Counted from the first letter of the stretch, positions 19,641-28,105 are shown. The stretch: DNA of 64,000 nucleotides from Alphaproteobacteria bacterium (GCA_965232515.1 CBDDPY010000002.1:4992001-5056000); one strand, 5' to 3'. Numbers and translations: made by a program. The notes: generated by a model not told the origin, from the sequence alone.

Positions 19641-20527
19641 GACACCCTCCCCTTATCCGATGCCGGCGCACCGTCCGCGCTCAGGCAATGGGCGGCGATG
19701 TAATCGGCCAAACGGTGATCGGCGTCCGGCACGGCGGAATAGTTCGGGAAGTCGTTCACCTCGATGACCACCAGGCCTCTCGAGCTTTCCAGGCAATCGA
19801 CGCCATAGAGATCGAGTTCGAAGGCCGCGCGGCAGGTCTGCGCCAGGCGCCGCATGGCTGGCGTCACCGTTACCAGCTCGGCATCGTCGTCCATGGCCGC
19901 GTGCGGCAGCGGCGACGGCTTGCGTACCGCCCAGAGGTCGGCGCCGATGCCGTAGAGTTTCAGGTCATAGCTGTCGCTCGGCAGGAAGTGCTGGGCCAGG
20001 ACCGTCGGATCCGGCCACGCGAGGTCCACCAGCTCGCGCGCGCTGTCGACGAGACGTATGCCGCGGGCATTGTCGCCGAAGACGGGCTTCAGGATCAGCG
20101 GGTAGTCCACGCCGGGGTTCAGTTTGCGCGGAAGCAGGGCGATCGGGCCGACGAACGTCCGCGGGATCGGCAACCCCTCCGCCGCCAGCACCATGGACAT
20201 GTGCGCCTTGTTCAGCACCGCTCTGATGCTGGCGCTGCGGTTGATGGTGGGCGTGCCCTGCCGTTCCGCATGGCTCAGCAGCAACAGAAGCATCAGGCTC
20301 CGGCCGCGGGCCACCACGGCGTCGAACGTGATGGTCGGTGAACGATTGTCGAAACGGCAAACGGCGGCGTCCGGGTCGACCAGCTCGACGTCATAGCCGC
20401 GCTCGGCGAGCGCCGTCATCACGCCGGCGGGCTGCGGCTGCGACATGTAGCGCCGCTCGGCCAGAATGCCGATCTTCGGTGCCGTCGACGACCGACGGCA
20501 CCCCTGTGGGGATAGTCCCATCGTCAT
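19637..20527 (-). CDS. ATP-grasp protein #1 (RimK/ITPK1-like)
   Basis: LNK, PLILKPVFG, DLKLYGIG, YGVDCL...VIEVNDFPNYSAVP; AGAGGG RBS. Confidence 0.85.
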   Translation of the reverse strand: MTMGLSPQGCRRSSTAPKIGILAERRYMSQPQPAGVMTALAERGYDVELVDPDAAVCRFDNRSPTITFDAVVARGRSLMLLLLLSHAERQGTPTINRSASIRAVLNKAHMSMVLAAEGLPIPRTFVGPIALLPRKLNPGVDYPLILKPVFGDNARGIRLVDSARELVDLAWPDPTVLAQHFLPSDSYDLKLYGIGADLWAVRKPSPLPHAAMDDDAELVTVTPAMRRLAQTCRAAFELDLYGVDCLESSRGLVVIEVNDFPNYSAVPDADHRLADYIAAHCLSADGAPASDKGRVS

Positions 20528-20610
20528 GCCCTCTTTATTTCTGCGTCGCGGATTTCGTTTTGCCGCCGCCCGACTGCGGCATCCGCTGTCAATTCGTGTT
20601 TAGTTTGTTC

Positions 20611-20650
20611 GTTTCAGTTTTATGACAAATTTACACGGCGCAGATGACAA
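20611..20650 (-). promoter_or_regulatory. PhoB-box-like (OmpR-family) direct repeats upstream of the ATP-grasp operon
   Basis: Minus strand TTGTCAT-N15-TTGTCAT-AAAA-CTGAAAC; the two TTGTCAT units are 22 bp apart (11-bp periodicity) in an AT-rich leader. Confidence 0.55.
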
Positions 20651-20810
20651 ACACCTGTCGCCAAGATTAAGACCAGATGAATAAGACATTAGTGTTGGAT
20701 GAACGGGCGCGACCGCGCGACCAAGCCGTCTTTCAGTCCGTTATTTGCGCAACCCGGAGTCAGAAAAGCGGCGCCTGCGATCCGGTTTGGCGCGTTAGCC
20801 GACCGCGATG

Positions 20811-21605
20811 TCACTCAGGCATGCTGCGCCAGGTCTCCGCGCATTCGGTGCAGGACGACCGGCGCGGATGCAGAAACGCGAACGGGTTTGCCGTCAACGT
20901 CGGCACGACGGTGTCGACCACATCGCGGGCGCGCATCAGCTTCGCTGGTGCGTATCCGACCGGGCCTTCGGCTTGCAGGCCGCGTTCCGTCAGCCAGGCG
21001 TTCGCCAGGCGGAACAGCGCGCAGCAATGATCGTTCTCCAGATAGTCGATCCGCGTCGGCCGGCCGTCCCGCGACACGGTGATGTGCTTCGGGCGCCGGT
21101 AGGGCACGTCCGCCAGCAATTCGGCCAGATGCAGCATGGTGCTGGCGTCGTGGTCGACGCCCAGCAGCAGCACCTTGCCGTCGGCCTCCAGCACGCGCCC
21201 GACCGGGCTCTCGTGCTGATGCGGTGGCAGCACCAGATCGTCGGCCAGGATCTCGGTGGCCTTCGGCCCGCGCGCCGAGAACGCGAAGGCATGCCGGCCG
21301 CGCTTGACGCCCGGCAGCAGCCGGAATGTTTCGGCGACGACACCCAGATCCTCCGCCACCGGCGTCGATACGGGATCGAACACGGCGTCGTCGTCGCCAG
21401 TCCACGACGGCATCGCGATCGTGCCCTCGGGCCCGACGGCTGCGCCCAGCGCCGCAATCAACCCGGCCGGCCCGCCCGCCACCGGCCGCACCGCGCGAAA
21501 CGACGTATGCACCAGCACGACATCGCCACGCGCGACGCCGAGCGCCTGGAGCTGGGCGACGAGCTCCGGCACAGAAATCTCGCAACGGGCATGCCATGCG
21601 GTCAT
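20811..21605 (-). CDS. AAC(3) family aminoglycoside N-acetyltransferase, AAC(3)-IV-like
   Basis: LVHTSFRAVRP, MPSWTGDDD, DLGVV, LLLGVDHDASTMLHLAE, DYLENDHCC, C-terminal FLHP...CTEC Cys cluster. Confidence 0.88.
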   Translation of the reverse strand: MTAWHARCEISVPELVAQLQALGVARGDVVLVHTSFRAVRPVAGGPAGLIAALGAAVGPEGTIAMPSWTGDDDAVFDPVSTPVAEDLGVVAETFRLLPGVKRGRHAFAFSARGPKATEILADDLVLPPHQHESPVGRVLEADGKVLLLGVDHDASTMLHLAELLADVPYRRPKHITVSRDGRPTRIDYLENDHCCALFRLANAWLTERGLQAEGPVGYAPAKLMRARDVVDTVVPTLTANPFAFLHPRRSSCTECAETWRSMPE

Positions 21606-21766
21606 GGATCAAGCGCTTTTCTATAGGGTTGGCAGGTAGGGTCCGAATACGTTGACCGGGCGATGGCGAAGCCGGGGCGAAAAGACAGAGTCGATTCCAT
21701 GTATCGAGGGATCATAGCTTGAAGACCGTTTCTGGAGCGCCGGATTTGTCTTCGTCGTAAAATACA

Positions 21767-21776
21767 GGTATATACC
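21767..21776. promoter_or_regulatory. Palindrome, candidate MarR autoregulatory operator
   Basis: GGTATATACC perfect palindrome 6 bp upstream of the marR ATG. Confidence 0.45.
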
Positions 21777-21782
21777 CATAAT

Positions 21783-22199
21783 ATGACCGACACCGCCTGC
21801 ATGTGTATCGGGCTGCGCCGGGCCGGCCGAGCGGTCACGCGTTTCTACGATGACGCCCTGGCGCCGGCCGGGGTGAACGCCACGCAGTTCTCCCAGTTGC
21901 GCGCGATCCTGCGGGCCGGATCCCCGACCATCGGCGCGCTGGCTGACGCCACCGATCTCGACCGCAGCACGCTTGGACGCAATATCCGCGTCCTCGCGCG
22001 CATGGGTCTCGTCCGGTTCGAGCCGGGCGCGGACGAGCGCACGCGCCTTGTGTCGGTTACCACGGATGGCAAGCGGGTGTTGAAGGCCGCCACGCCGCTT
22101 TGGCGGACGGCGCAGTCGGCGCTCGCCGAGAAGCTGGGCGCCGGTCGCCGCGCCGTCCTGTTCGATCTTCTGCATGAGTTGGAGACCGTCGACGTCTGA
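21783..22199 (+). CDS. MarR family regulator
   Basis: C.C..LRRA.R..TR.YD..L...G, DRSTLGRN, DERTR wing motif. Confidence 0.9.
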   Translation: MTDTACMCIGLRRAGRAVTRFYDDALAPAGVNATQFSQLRAILRAGSPTIGALADATDLDRSTLGRNIRVLARMGLVRFEPGADERTRLVSVTTDGKRVLKAATPLWRTAQSALAEKLGAGRRAVLFDLLHELETVDV

Positions 22200-22250
22200 G
22201 TTTGCAACCGGCCGCGACAGACGGCCGGGCGACAAGAAGGGAGGCCGAAA

Positions 22251-24593
22251 ATGATGCAGCCACGGACCGAGCCATCGGCGCTGAAGTCCGTCGTCTGTAC
22301 CAGTTGCGACGGCTTTTGCCCCGTCGCGGCGAAGGTCGAGGACGGCCGCGTCGTCAAGGTCACCACCCGCGAGCACCCGTTCTTCAAGGACGTGATCTGC
22401 ATGAAGGGCGCCTATGCGCCGAAGTCCTTCGCGCATCCCGACCGCCTTCTGCATCCGCTGAAGCGCACCGGCGCGCGGGGCGAGGGCGGCTGGCAGCAGG
22501 TCACCTGGGACGACGCGCTCGACGACATCGCCGAGCGCCTGCGAACGGTCGTCGCCCGGTACGGGCCCGAAGCTTTCGCCGTCGCCGCCAGCAACGCCAA
22601 TTTCGGCCTCGACAACGGCCTGACGCGGCGGTTCATGAACCTCATCGGCTCGCCCAACTTCATCAGCGGCGTGGCCTACTGCATGGGCAACACGGCCGCC
22701 GTCAACCGCATGGTCTACGGCTGGTACCCGCGCGGCGACATCCTCAATTCGAAATGCATCGTGCTGTTCGGCCACGATCCCCGCCGGCATAGCTGGACGC
22801 TGGAATACAAATCCATCCGCGTCGCCCAGGCCGGCGGCGCCAAGCTGATCGTGCTCGACCCTCGCAAAAGCGAGAACGCCGAGGCCGCCGATATCTGGCT
22901 GCCGCTGCGCGCCGGCACCGACGCCGCCATGACCCTGGGCTGGCTGAACGTGATCCTGGAAGAGAGCCTCTACGACAAGGATTTCGTGCGCGACTGGACC
23001 GTCGGCTTCGACGCCTTTGCCGAGCGCGTGCGCGAGTATCCGCTGGACCGGGTCGCCGAGATCACCGGCGTCGACGCCGAACTGATCGCCGGGGCGGCGC
23101 GCATGTACGCCATGTCGTCGCCTGCCGTGATCCCCTGGTCCCCGATCACCGACCAGCAGGCCTCCTCGACCTCGGCGATCCGGCTGCAATGCGCCCTGCG
23201 GGCGCTCACCGGCAATCTCGACGTCAAGGGCGGCGAGATGTTCGCCGGCTTTCATCCCGGCATCCGCTCGGACACCGAGATCGAGCTGCATGACGAACTG
23301 TCCGACGCGCAGAAGGCGAAGCAGCTCGGGGCCGAAGAATTCCCGGTCTTCACCTATCGCGGCATGCGGGCGCTGGGCGATGCGACCGAACGCGTCTGGG
23401 GCGCGCGCTGGGCCAACCTGATTTCGGGCTGCTACATGGCGAACCCCATGGCCGTGTTCAAGGCCATGGCCGACGGCGATCCTTATCCCGTGCGGGCGTT
23501 CTTCGCGCTCGCCAACAACACGCTGATGTCGTTCGCCAACACCCGGCGGATCTACGACGCGCTGATGCGGCAGGACCTGATCGTCGCCTACGAGCATATG
23601 CTGACGCCGACGGCCCAGCTCGCCGACTACGTGCTGCCGGGCGACGCCTGGCTCGAGCGGCCGAGCATGATGGCGGGGCTCAGCGAGCAGGCCATGGCGC
23701 CGCCCGGCGACTGCAAGTCGATCGTGTATTTCTGGTGCGAGTTGGCAAACCGGATGGGAATGGAAGCGTATTTCCCGTGGGCATCGGTGGAAGCGCTGCT
23801 GGATTTCCGTCTGGAGCCGGCGGAGACGACCTGGGAGGGAGTCGTCGCCGCCGGCCGCCTGCCGAAGGCCGGCTACGAGGAGAAGAAGTATCTCAAGACC
23901 GGTTTCGCCACGCCGTCGGGCAAGGTCGAGCTCGCGTCCTCGGTGCTGGGCGATCTCGGCTTCGACCCACTGCCCTACTACCGCGAGGCCGCGGCGCCGG
24001 ACACCGACTTTCCGATGACCATGTTCATCGGCCTGCCCGACGACGAGTATTACCGCACCGGCCACCGGCATATCCCGGAATTGCGTCAGCGGGCGCAGGA
24101 CCCGACGCTCTTCGTCAACCCGGACGACGCCGACCGGCTCTGTCTGGACGAAGGCGGCTGGGCCCGGGTCGAAACCGCGGCCGGCGCCATGGCCGGCCGC
24201 GTCTTCGTGCGCTCGGCCATGCCGGCCGGGCTCATCCGCGTGCCGCACGGCTGGTGGAAACCGGAATCGCGGCCCGGTCTCGAGAACATGTCCGGCATGT
24301 GGTCGTTCGCCGACGCGCAGCTCACGTCGGACGACGATCCCGACCTGATCGACCGCGAGCAGGGCGTGCCGCACCTGAAGGGCGTGCCCTGTCGCATTTC
24401 CGCGCTCGACCCGGCCGAGGTCGCCCGGCTCGAAGCCGAGTTCGGCCCCACCGACCGGCTGCCGCGCGGCCCCGAGGGAAAGGTGCTGCGCGCGAAAAGC
24501 CGGCCCGGCGACCTCACGTTTGACGACGAATTCGGCGACGGCGTCGAATTCGAAGCGGTTCAGCTTTCCCTTTACGGCCGCGGCTCTGTATAG
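22251..24593 (+). CDS. Mo/W-bisPGD oxidoreductase (DMSO reductase superfamily), acetylene-hydratase-like
   Basis: CTSCDGFC...CMK [4Fe-4S] motif, RRFMNLIGSPN, YCMGNTA, IPW..TDQQ.SS.SAIR.QC.LRA, GDAWLERP; GGGAGG RBS. Confidence 0.88.
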   Translation: MMQPRTEPSALKSVVCTSCDGFCPVAAKVEDGRVVKVTTREHPFFKDVICMKGAYAPKSFAHPDRLLHPLKRTGARGEGGWQQVTWDDALDDIAERLRTVVARYGPEAFAVAASNANFGLDNGLTRRFMNLIGSPNFISGVAYCMGNTAAVNRMVYGWYPRGDILNSKCIVLFGHDPRRHSWTLEYKSIRVAQAGGAKLIVLDPRKSENAEAADIWLPLRAGTDAAMTLGWLNVILEESLYDKDFVRDWTVGFDAFAERVREYPLDRVAEITGVDAELIAGAARMYAMSSPAVIPWSPITDQQASSTSAIRLQCALRALTGNLDVKGGEMFAGFHPGIRSDTEIELHDELSDAQKAKQLGAEEFPVFTYRGMRALGDATERVWGARWANLISGCYMANPMAVFKAMADGDPYPVRAFFALANNTLMSFANTRRIYDALMRQDLIVAYEHMLTPTAQLADYVLPGDAWLERPSMMAGLSEQAMAPPGDCKSIVYFWCELANRMGMEAYFPWASVEALLDFRLEPAETTWEGVVAAGRLPKAGYEEKKYLKTGFATPSGKVELASSVLGDLGFDPLPYYREAAAPDTDFPMTMFIGLPDDEYYRTGHRHIPELRQRAQDPTLFVNPDDADRLCLDEGGWARVETAAGAMAGRVFVRSAMPAGLIRVPHGWWKPESRPGLENMSGMWSFADAQLTSDDDPDLIDREQGVPHLKGVPCRISALDPAEVARLEAEFGPTDRLPRGPEGKVLRAKSRPGDLTFDDEFGDGVEFEAVQLSLYGRGSV

Positions 24594-24646
24594 CTAGGCG
24601 CGGGACAGGCGACGACGGATCGTCGCCGACATATCGAGAGGGAAGC

Positions 24647-25654
24647 ATGGCCCAGAACCGCCAGGTTATTGTCCGTGAGCTGCCGAAGGGCGCGCTGACG
24701 CAGGATCACTTCGAGTTGCGCGAGGCCGAGATGCCTGCGATCGGCGCGGGCGAGGCGCTGGTCCGCACCGTCCTCATGTCGATCGACGCCGCCAACCGGG
24801 CCTGGATGCAGGGCGCGACCTACCGCGAGGCCGTGAAGGCCGGCGACGTCATGCACACCTATTCGATCGGCGAGGTCGTGGAATCGAACGACGACAGCCT
24901 GACGCCGGGCGACATCGTCGCGGTCGAGGCGCGTTGGGCCGACTATGTGGCGGTCAAGGCGCGGCGCGCGCAGAAACTGCCCGACATTCGGCCGCTGTCG
25001 CACCTGCTGTCCGTCTACGGCATCGCCGGCAAGACCGCCTATCACGGTCTGGTCGGCGTCGGCCGGCCCAACGCCGGCGAGACCGTCGTGGTCTCGGCTG
25101 CGGCCGGCTCGGTCGGCATCTATGTCGGCCAGATCGCCAAGGCGCTCGGCTGCCGCGCCGTCGGCATCGCCGGCGGGCCCGAAAAGTGCGCCTGGGTGAC
25201 GGACGAATTGGGCTTCGATGCCTGCGTCGACTACCGCGCCGGCAACCTGTTCAAGGACCTGAAGGCCGCCTGCCCGGACGGCGTCGACATCTATTTCGAC
25301 AATGTCGGCGGCGCGGTGCTGGAAACCGTGCTGTTCCAGATGAACGAGAAGGGCCGCGTCGTCTGCTGCGGCGCCGTCAGCCAGTACGACGCCGACGCGC
25401 CGTCGGGTCCGCGCAACCTGCCCGGCCTGGTCGTGGTCAAGCGCCTGCGCATGGAGGGTTTCATCGTCATGGACTTCGCCGACCAGGACCAGAAGGCGAC
25501 CGACGACATCGGCAACTGGCTCCGCGACGGCAAGCTGAAGGTGGTCGACGACATCGTCGACGGCCTGGAGAACGCGCCCAGCGCCCTCATCGGCCTGCTC
25601 GCCGGCGACAACCGCGGCAAACGCATGGTCCGCGTCGCCCCCGACCCGGGGTGA
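24647..25654 (+). CDS. NADP-dependent oxidoreductase (PGR/LTB4DH/CurA-like alkenal reductase)
   Basis: VSAAAGSVG, GIAGGPEKC, DIYFDNVGG, CGAVSQY, GLENAP, NRGK. Confidence 0.9.
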   Translation: MAQNRQVIVRELPKGALTQDHFELREAEMPAIGAGEALVRTVLMSIDAANRAWMQGATYREAVKAGDVMHTYSIGEVVESNDDSLTPGDIVAVEARWADYVAVKARRAQKLPDIRPLSHLLSVYGIAGKTAYHGLVGVGRPNAGETVVVSAAAGSVGIYVGQIAKALGCRAVGIAGGPEKCAWVTDELGFDACVDYRAGNLFKDLKAACPDGVDIYFDNVGGAVLETVLFQMNEKGRVVCCGAVSQYDADAPSGPRNLPGLVVVKRLRMEGFIVMDFADQDQKATDDIGNWLRDGKLKVVDDIVDGLENAPSALIGLLAGDNRGKRMVRVAPDPG

Positions 25655-25696
25655 GCGAGCGGCGGGCGCATTCCGACGGACGGCGCGGACGTTTGT

Positions 25697-26116
25697 TCAC
25701 AGTTTTTCGCCGGGCAGCTGACTGGCCTGCATCACCCAATCGGAGAACTGGTCATCGAGCCGATCGCCTTCGTGAATGTTGAAGTAGCGCACGTCCTTTT
25801 GCTTCGACTCGCCGGGCGGCGTGGGGCTCAGCGACGCGCCACTGAAGAAGGTGACTTGGACGTAATTCGTGAAGCAGTAATAGCTGAGGAACCAGCCCTG
25901 GCCCTCGATGCCATATAAGGGCGCGTTCCATTTGACAGCCTTCTGCATGTCGGGGACGGTGCGTTTGACGATGTCGTCGATGCCGCGCCCGACATCGCGT
26001 TTCCAACCCGGCATGGCGGCGATATAGGCCTGAACCGGACCGTCCCCATCGCCCTTCGGAATCTGCGGGTTGCCGCCCGTGAGAAGTTTCGGTTTCGACG
26101 ATTTCTTGTCTGCCAT
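25697..26116 (-). CDS. DUF1801 (YdhG-like) protein
   Basis: GNPQIPKGDGDGPVQAYIAAMPGWK, KAVKWNAPLYG. Confidence 0.8.
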   Translation of the reverse strand: MADKKSSKPKLLTGGNPQIPKGDGDGPVQAYIAAMPGWKRDVGRGIDDIVKRTVPDMQKAVKWNAPLYGIEGQGWFLSYYCFTNYVQVTFFSGASLSPTPPGESKQKDVRYFNIHEGDRLDDQFSDWVMQASQLPGEKL

Positions 26117-26157
26117 TGCTTACGCTTCTCGGGAGCTCGTCTTGCCGTCACCCGCGG

Positions 26158-26310
26158 TCAGTCCGTCTCGAATTCCTTCAGAAAGGTTTTCAGCAGCGCA
26201 TCGAGCTGCTGCTGCTGCTCCTGCTTGGACAGGCTGGCCACGAGGCGGCATCGCAATTCCACATGGTCGGTCACCGCGGCGTCGGTGACGCAGAGGCCCT
26301 TGTCGGTCAT
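26158..26310 (-). pseudogene. 3' remnant of a PecS-like MarR gene, paralogous to 57018-57506
   Basis: Shares TCCTTCAGAAAGGTTTTCAGCAGCGCATCGAG and flanking similarity with 57018-57170; reads TDKGLCVTDAAVTDHVELRCRLVASLSKQEQQQQLDALLKTFLKEFETD*; HTH region absent. Confidence 0.8.
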
Positions 26311-26420
26311 TCGTCGCGAGTTGGCCGACGACGGCTGTCAGCCGACACTGCAGGCGGACACGGGCCGCACATCCCCTCAGGCTTTCTCGTGAAGACGTTC
26401 ATTGGAGATCCTGATTGGGA

Positions 26421-26873
26421 CTAAGCCTCCGCGAACGACAGCGCCAGCAGGTCGCCGCGCAGGGTGTCGGTGTCATCGCCTCCCAGCAACCGGTCGACCA
26501 CATCATGCGTACGGCGCCAGATTGGCACGGCTTGTTTCAGGAGATCCCGGCCGGCGTCGGTCAGCCCGAGGCGGCGGCTGCGTTTATCATTCGGGTCCGG
26601 AAACACGGTCAAGAGGCCGCGCCGTTCCAGCGGCTTGGCGTTCGCCGTCAGCGTCGTCCGATCCATGGCGAGCAACCGGGCGACGTCGCCGATGCGCGGC
26701 GGCTCGGGCCGGTTAAGCGAGATCAACAACGAATATTGTCCGTGCGTCAGCCCGACGGGCCTGAGCGCGTCGTCGAACCGCCGGCCGATGGCCCGCGCGG
26801 CACGCTGCAAATGCAGGCACAGACAGCGGTCGCGAACCTCGTGCGTGACGCTGAGTGGCAGATCGTTTCTCAT
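26421..26873 (-). CDS. MarR family regulator
   Basis: CLCLHLQRAAR, MDRTTLTAN.KPLERRG, DKRSR. Confidence 0.9.
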   Translation of the reverse strand: MRNDLPLSVTHEVRDRCLCLHLQRAARAIGRRFDDALRPVGLTHGQYSLLISLNRPEPPRIGDVARLLAMDRTTLTANAKPLERRGLLTVFPDPNDKRSRRLGLTDAGRDLLKQAVPIWRRTHDVVDRLLGGDDTDTLRGDLLALSFAEA

Positions 26874-26887
26874 GTAAGATATTATAT

Positions 26888-26899
26888 GTTGATATCAAC
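26888..26899. promoter_or_regulatory. Palindromic operator candidate between marR and the VOC operon
   Basis: GTTGATATCAAC perfect 12-bp palindrome in an AT-rich divergent spacer. Confidence 0.55.
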
Positions 26900-26984
26900 G
26901 TAAATTTCAAGCACACTCTGCCCATCGGGCCCGCGCACCGTTCCGGGTCCGGACAACGTGATGACATGTGAGCGGGGCCGATCC

Positions 26985-27230
26985 GTGCGCATCAACGTCT
27001 ATATCAATCTGCCGGTCGGCGATCTCGACCGCTCGCGCCGGTTCTTCCAGGCGCTCGGCTTTTCCTTCAATGACGCCTTCGGCGACGACACCGCGCTGGC
27101 GAACGGGGCCGGCGCCGTGCGCGAGCCTGAGGACCACGGTTTCATGTACGGCCACGCCTTCGCCGACCCCGACGGCCATATCTGGGAGCCGTTCTGGATG
27201 AACCCCGACGCCATGGACTGTGGACAATGA
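26985..27230 (+). pseudogene. VOC/glyoxalase-like gene with apparent internal in-frame deletion
   Basis: N-terminal INLPV.DLDRS..FF.ALGFSFN joined directly to C-terminal DHGFMYG.AFADPDGHIWE; only about 81 aa, central part typical of the family missing. Confidence 0.65.
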
Positions 27231-27697
27231 CCGAGAAACCCAAGGTCCGCACCTGCCTCTGGTTTAACGCCGGCGGCGAGGCGGCAGCCGAATTCTACGT
27301 CGCGCTGTTGCCCGACAGCCGCATTGAAACGGTTGTGCGGCCGGACCCCGACGGACCGCCGCTCGTGGTCGAGTTCACACTCGCGGGCGCCCCCTACATG
27401 ATTCTGAACGGCGGCCCGCACTACCAGCTCACGCCCGCCGCCTCGATCTCGGTCCTGACGACGGATCAGGCCGAGACCGACCGTCTCTGGGCGGCGCTCA
27501 CCGCCGACGGCGGCAGTGAAAGCCAATGCGGCTGGCTCACCGACAGATACGGCGTCTCCTGGCAGATCGTGCCGGAAGCCCTGCCGCGCCTGCTCGGCGC
27601 CGAGGATCGGACGGCCGCCGCCCGCGCCCAGGAAGCCATGCTGACCATGGGCAAGATCGACATCGCCGCCCTCGAGGCGGCCTTCAACCGCAGCTGA
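27227..27697 (+). CDS. VOC family PhnB-like protein
   Basis: CLWF, AAEFY, LNGGP, CGWLTDRYGVSWQI, MGKIDIA. Confidence 0.9.
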   Translation: MTEKPKVRTCLWFNAGGEAAAEFYVALLPDSRIETVVRPDPDGPPLVVEFTLAGAPYMILNGGPHYQLTPAASISVLTTDQAETDRLWAALTADGGSESQCGWLTDRYGVSWQIVPEALPRLLGAEDRTAAARAQEAMLTMGKIDIAALEAAFNRS

Positions 27698-27709
27698 TGG
27701 AGCTTCGCC

Positions 27710-28105
27710 ATGGCCAAAGCCGTCACGCCGTTCCTGATGTTCGAGGGCCGGGCCGAGGAGGCGATGACCTTCTATATCGGCCTGTTCCCGGACAGCCGCA
27801 TGGTCGCCATCGACCGCTACGGTCCCGACGGACCGGGCGCCGAGGGCACCGTCGTGGTAGCCATCTTCATGCTGGGCGGGCAGGCCATCATGTGCAGCGA
27901 CAGCCCGGTGCCGCACGCGTTCACCTTCACGCCGTCGAGCTCGCTGTTCGTCACCTGCGAGAGCGAGGCCGAACTCGACCGGCTGAGCGCGGCATTGACC
28001 GAAGACGGGGAGGTGCTGATGCCGCCCAACAACTACGGCTTCAGCCGCAAGTTCACCTGGGTGAACGATCGCTTCGGCGTCTCCTGGCAGCTCAATCTCG
28101 AATGA
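27710..28105 (+). CDS. VOC family PhnB-like protein
   Basis: TPFLMF.G.AEEA, FTFTPS, YGFS.KF.WV.DRFGVSWQL. Confidence 0.9.
   Translation: MAKAVTPFLMFEGRAEEAMTFYIGLFPDSRMVAIDRYGPDGPGAEGTVVVAIFMLGGQAIMCSDSPVPHAFTFTPSSSLFVTCESEAELDRLSAALTEDGEVLMPPNNYGFSRKFTWVNDRFGVSWQLNLE

Noticed and set aside
12943-20527. Graspetide (microviridin-type RiPP) or alginate biosynthesis reading of the ATP-grasp operon
   Set aside because: No convincing precursor with repeated cores, no peptidase/ABC exporter and no glycosyltransferase or other alg genes; the motifs fit ITPK1-like enzymes better. Amide-ligase activity is not excluded.
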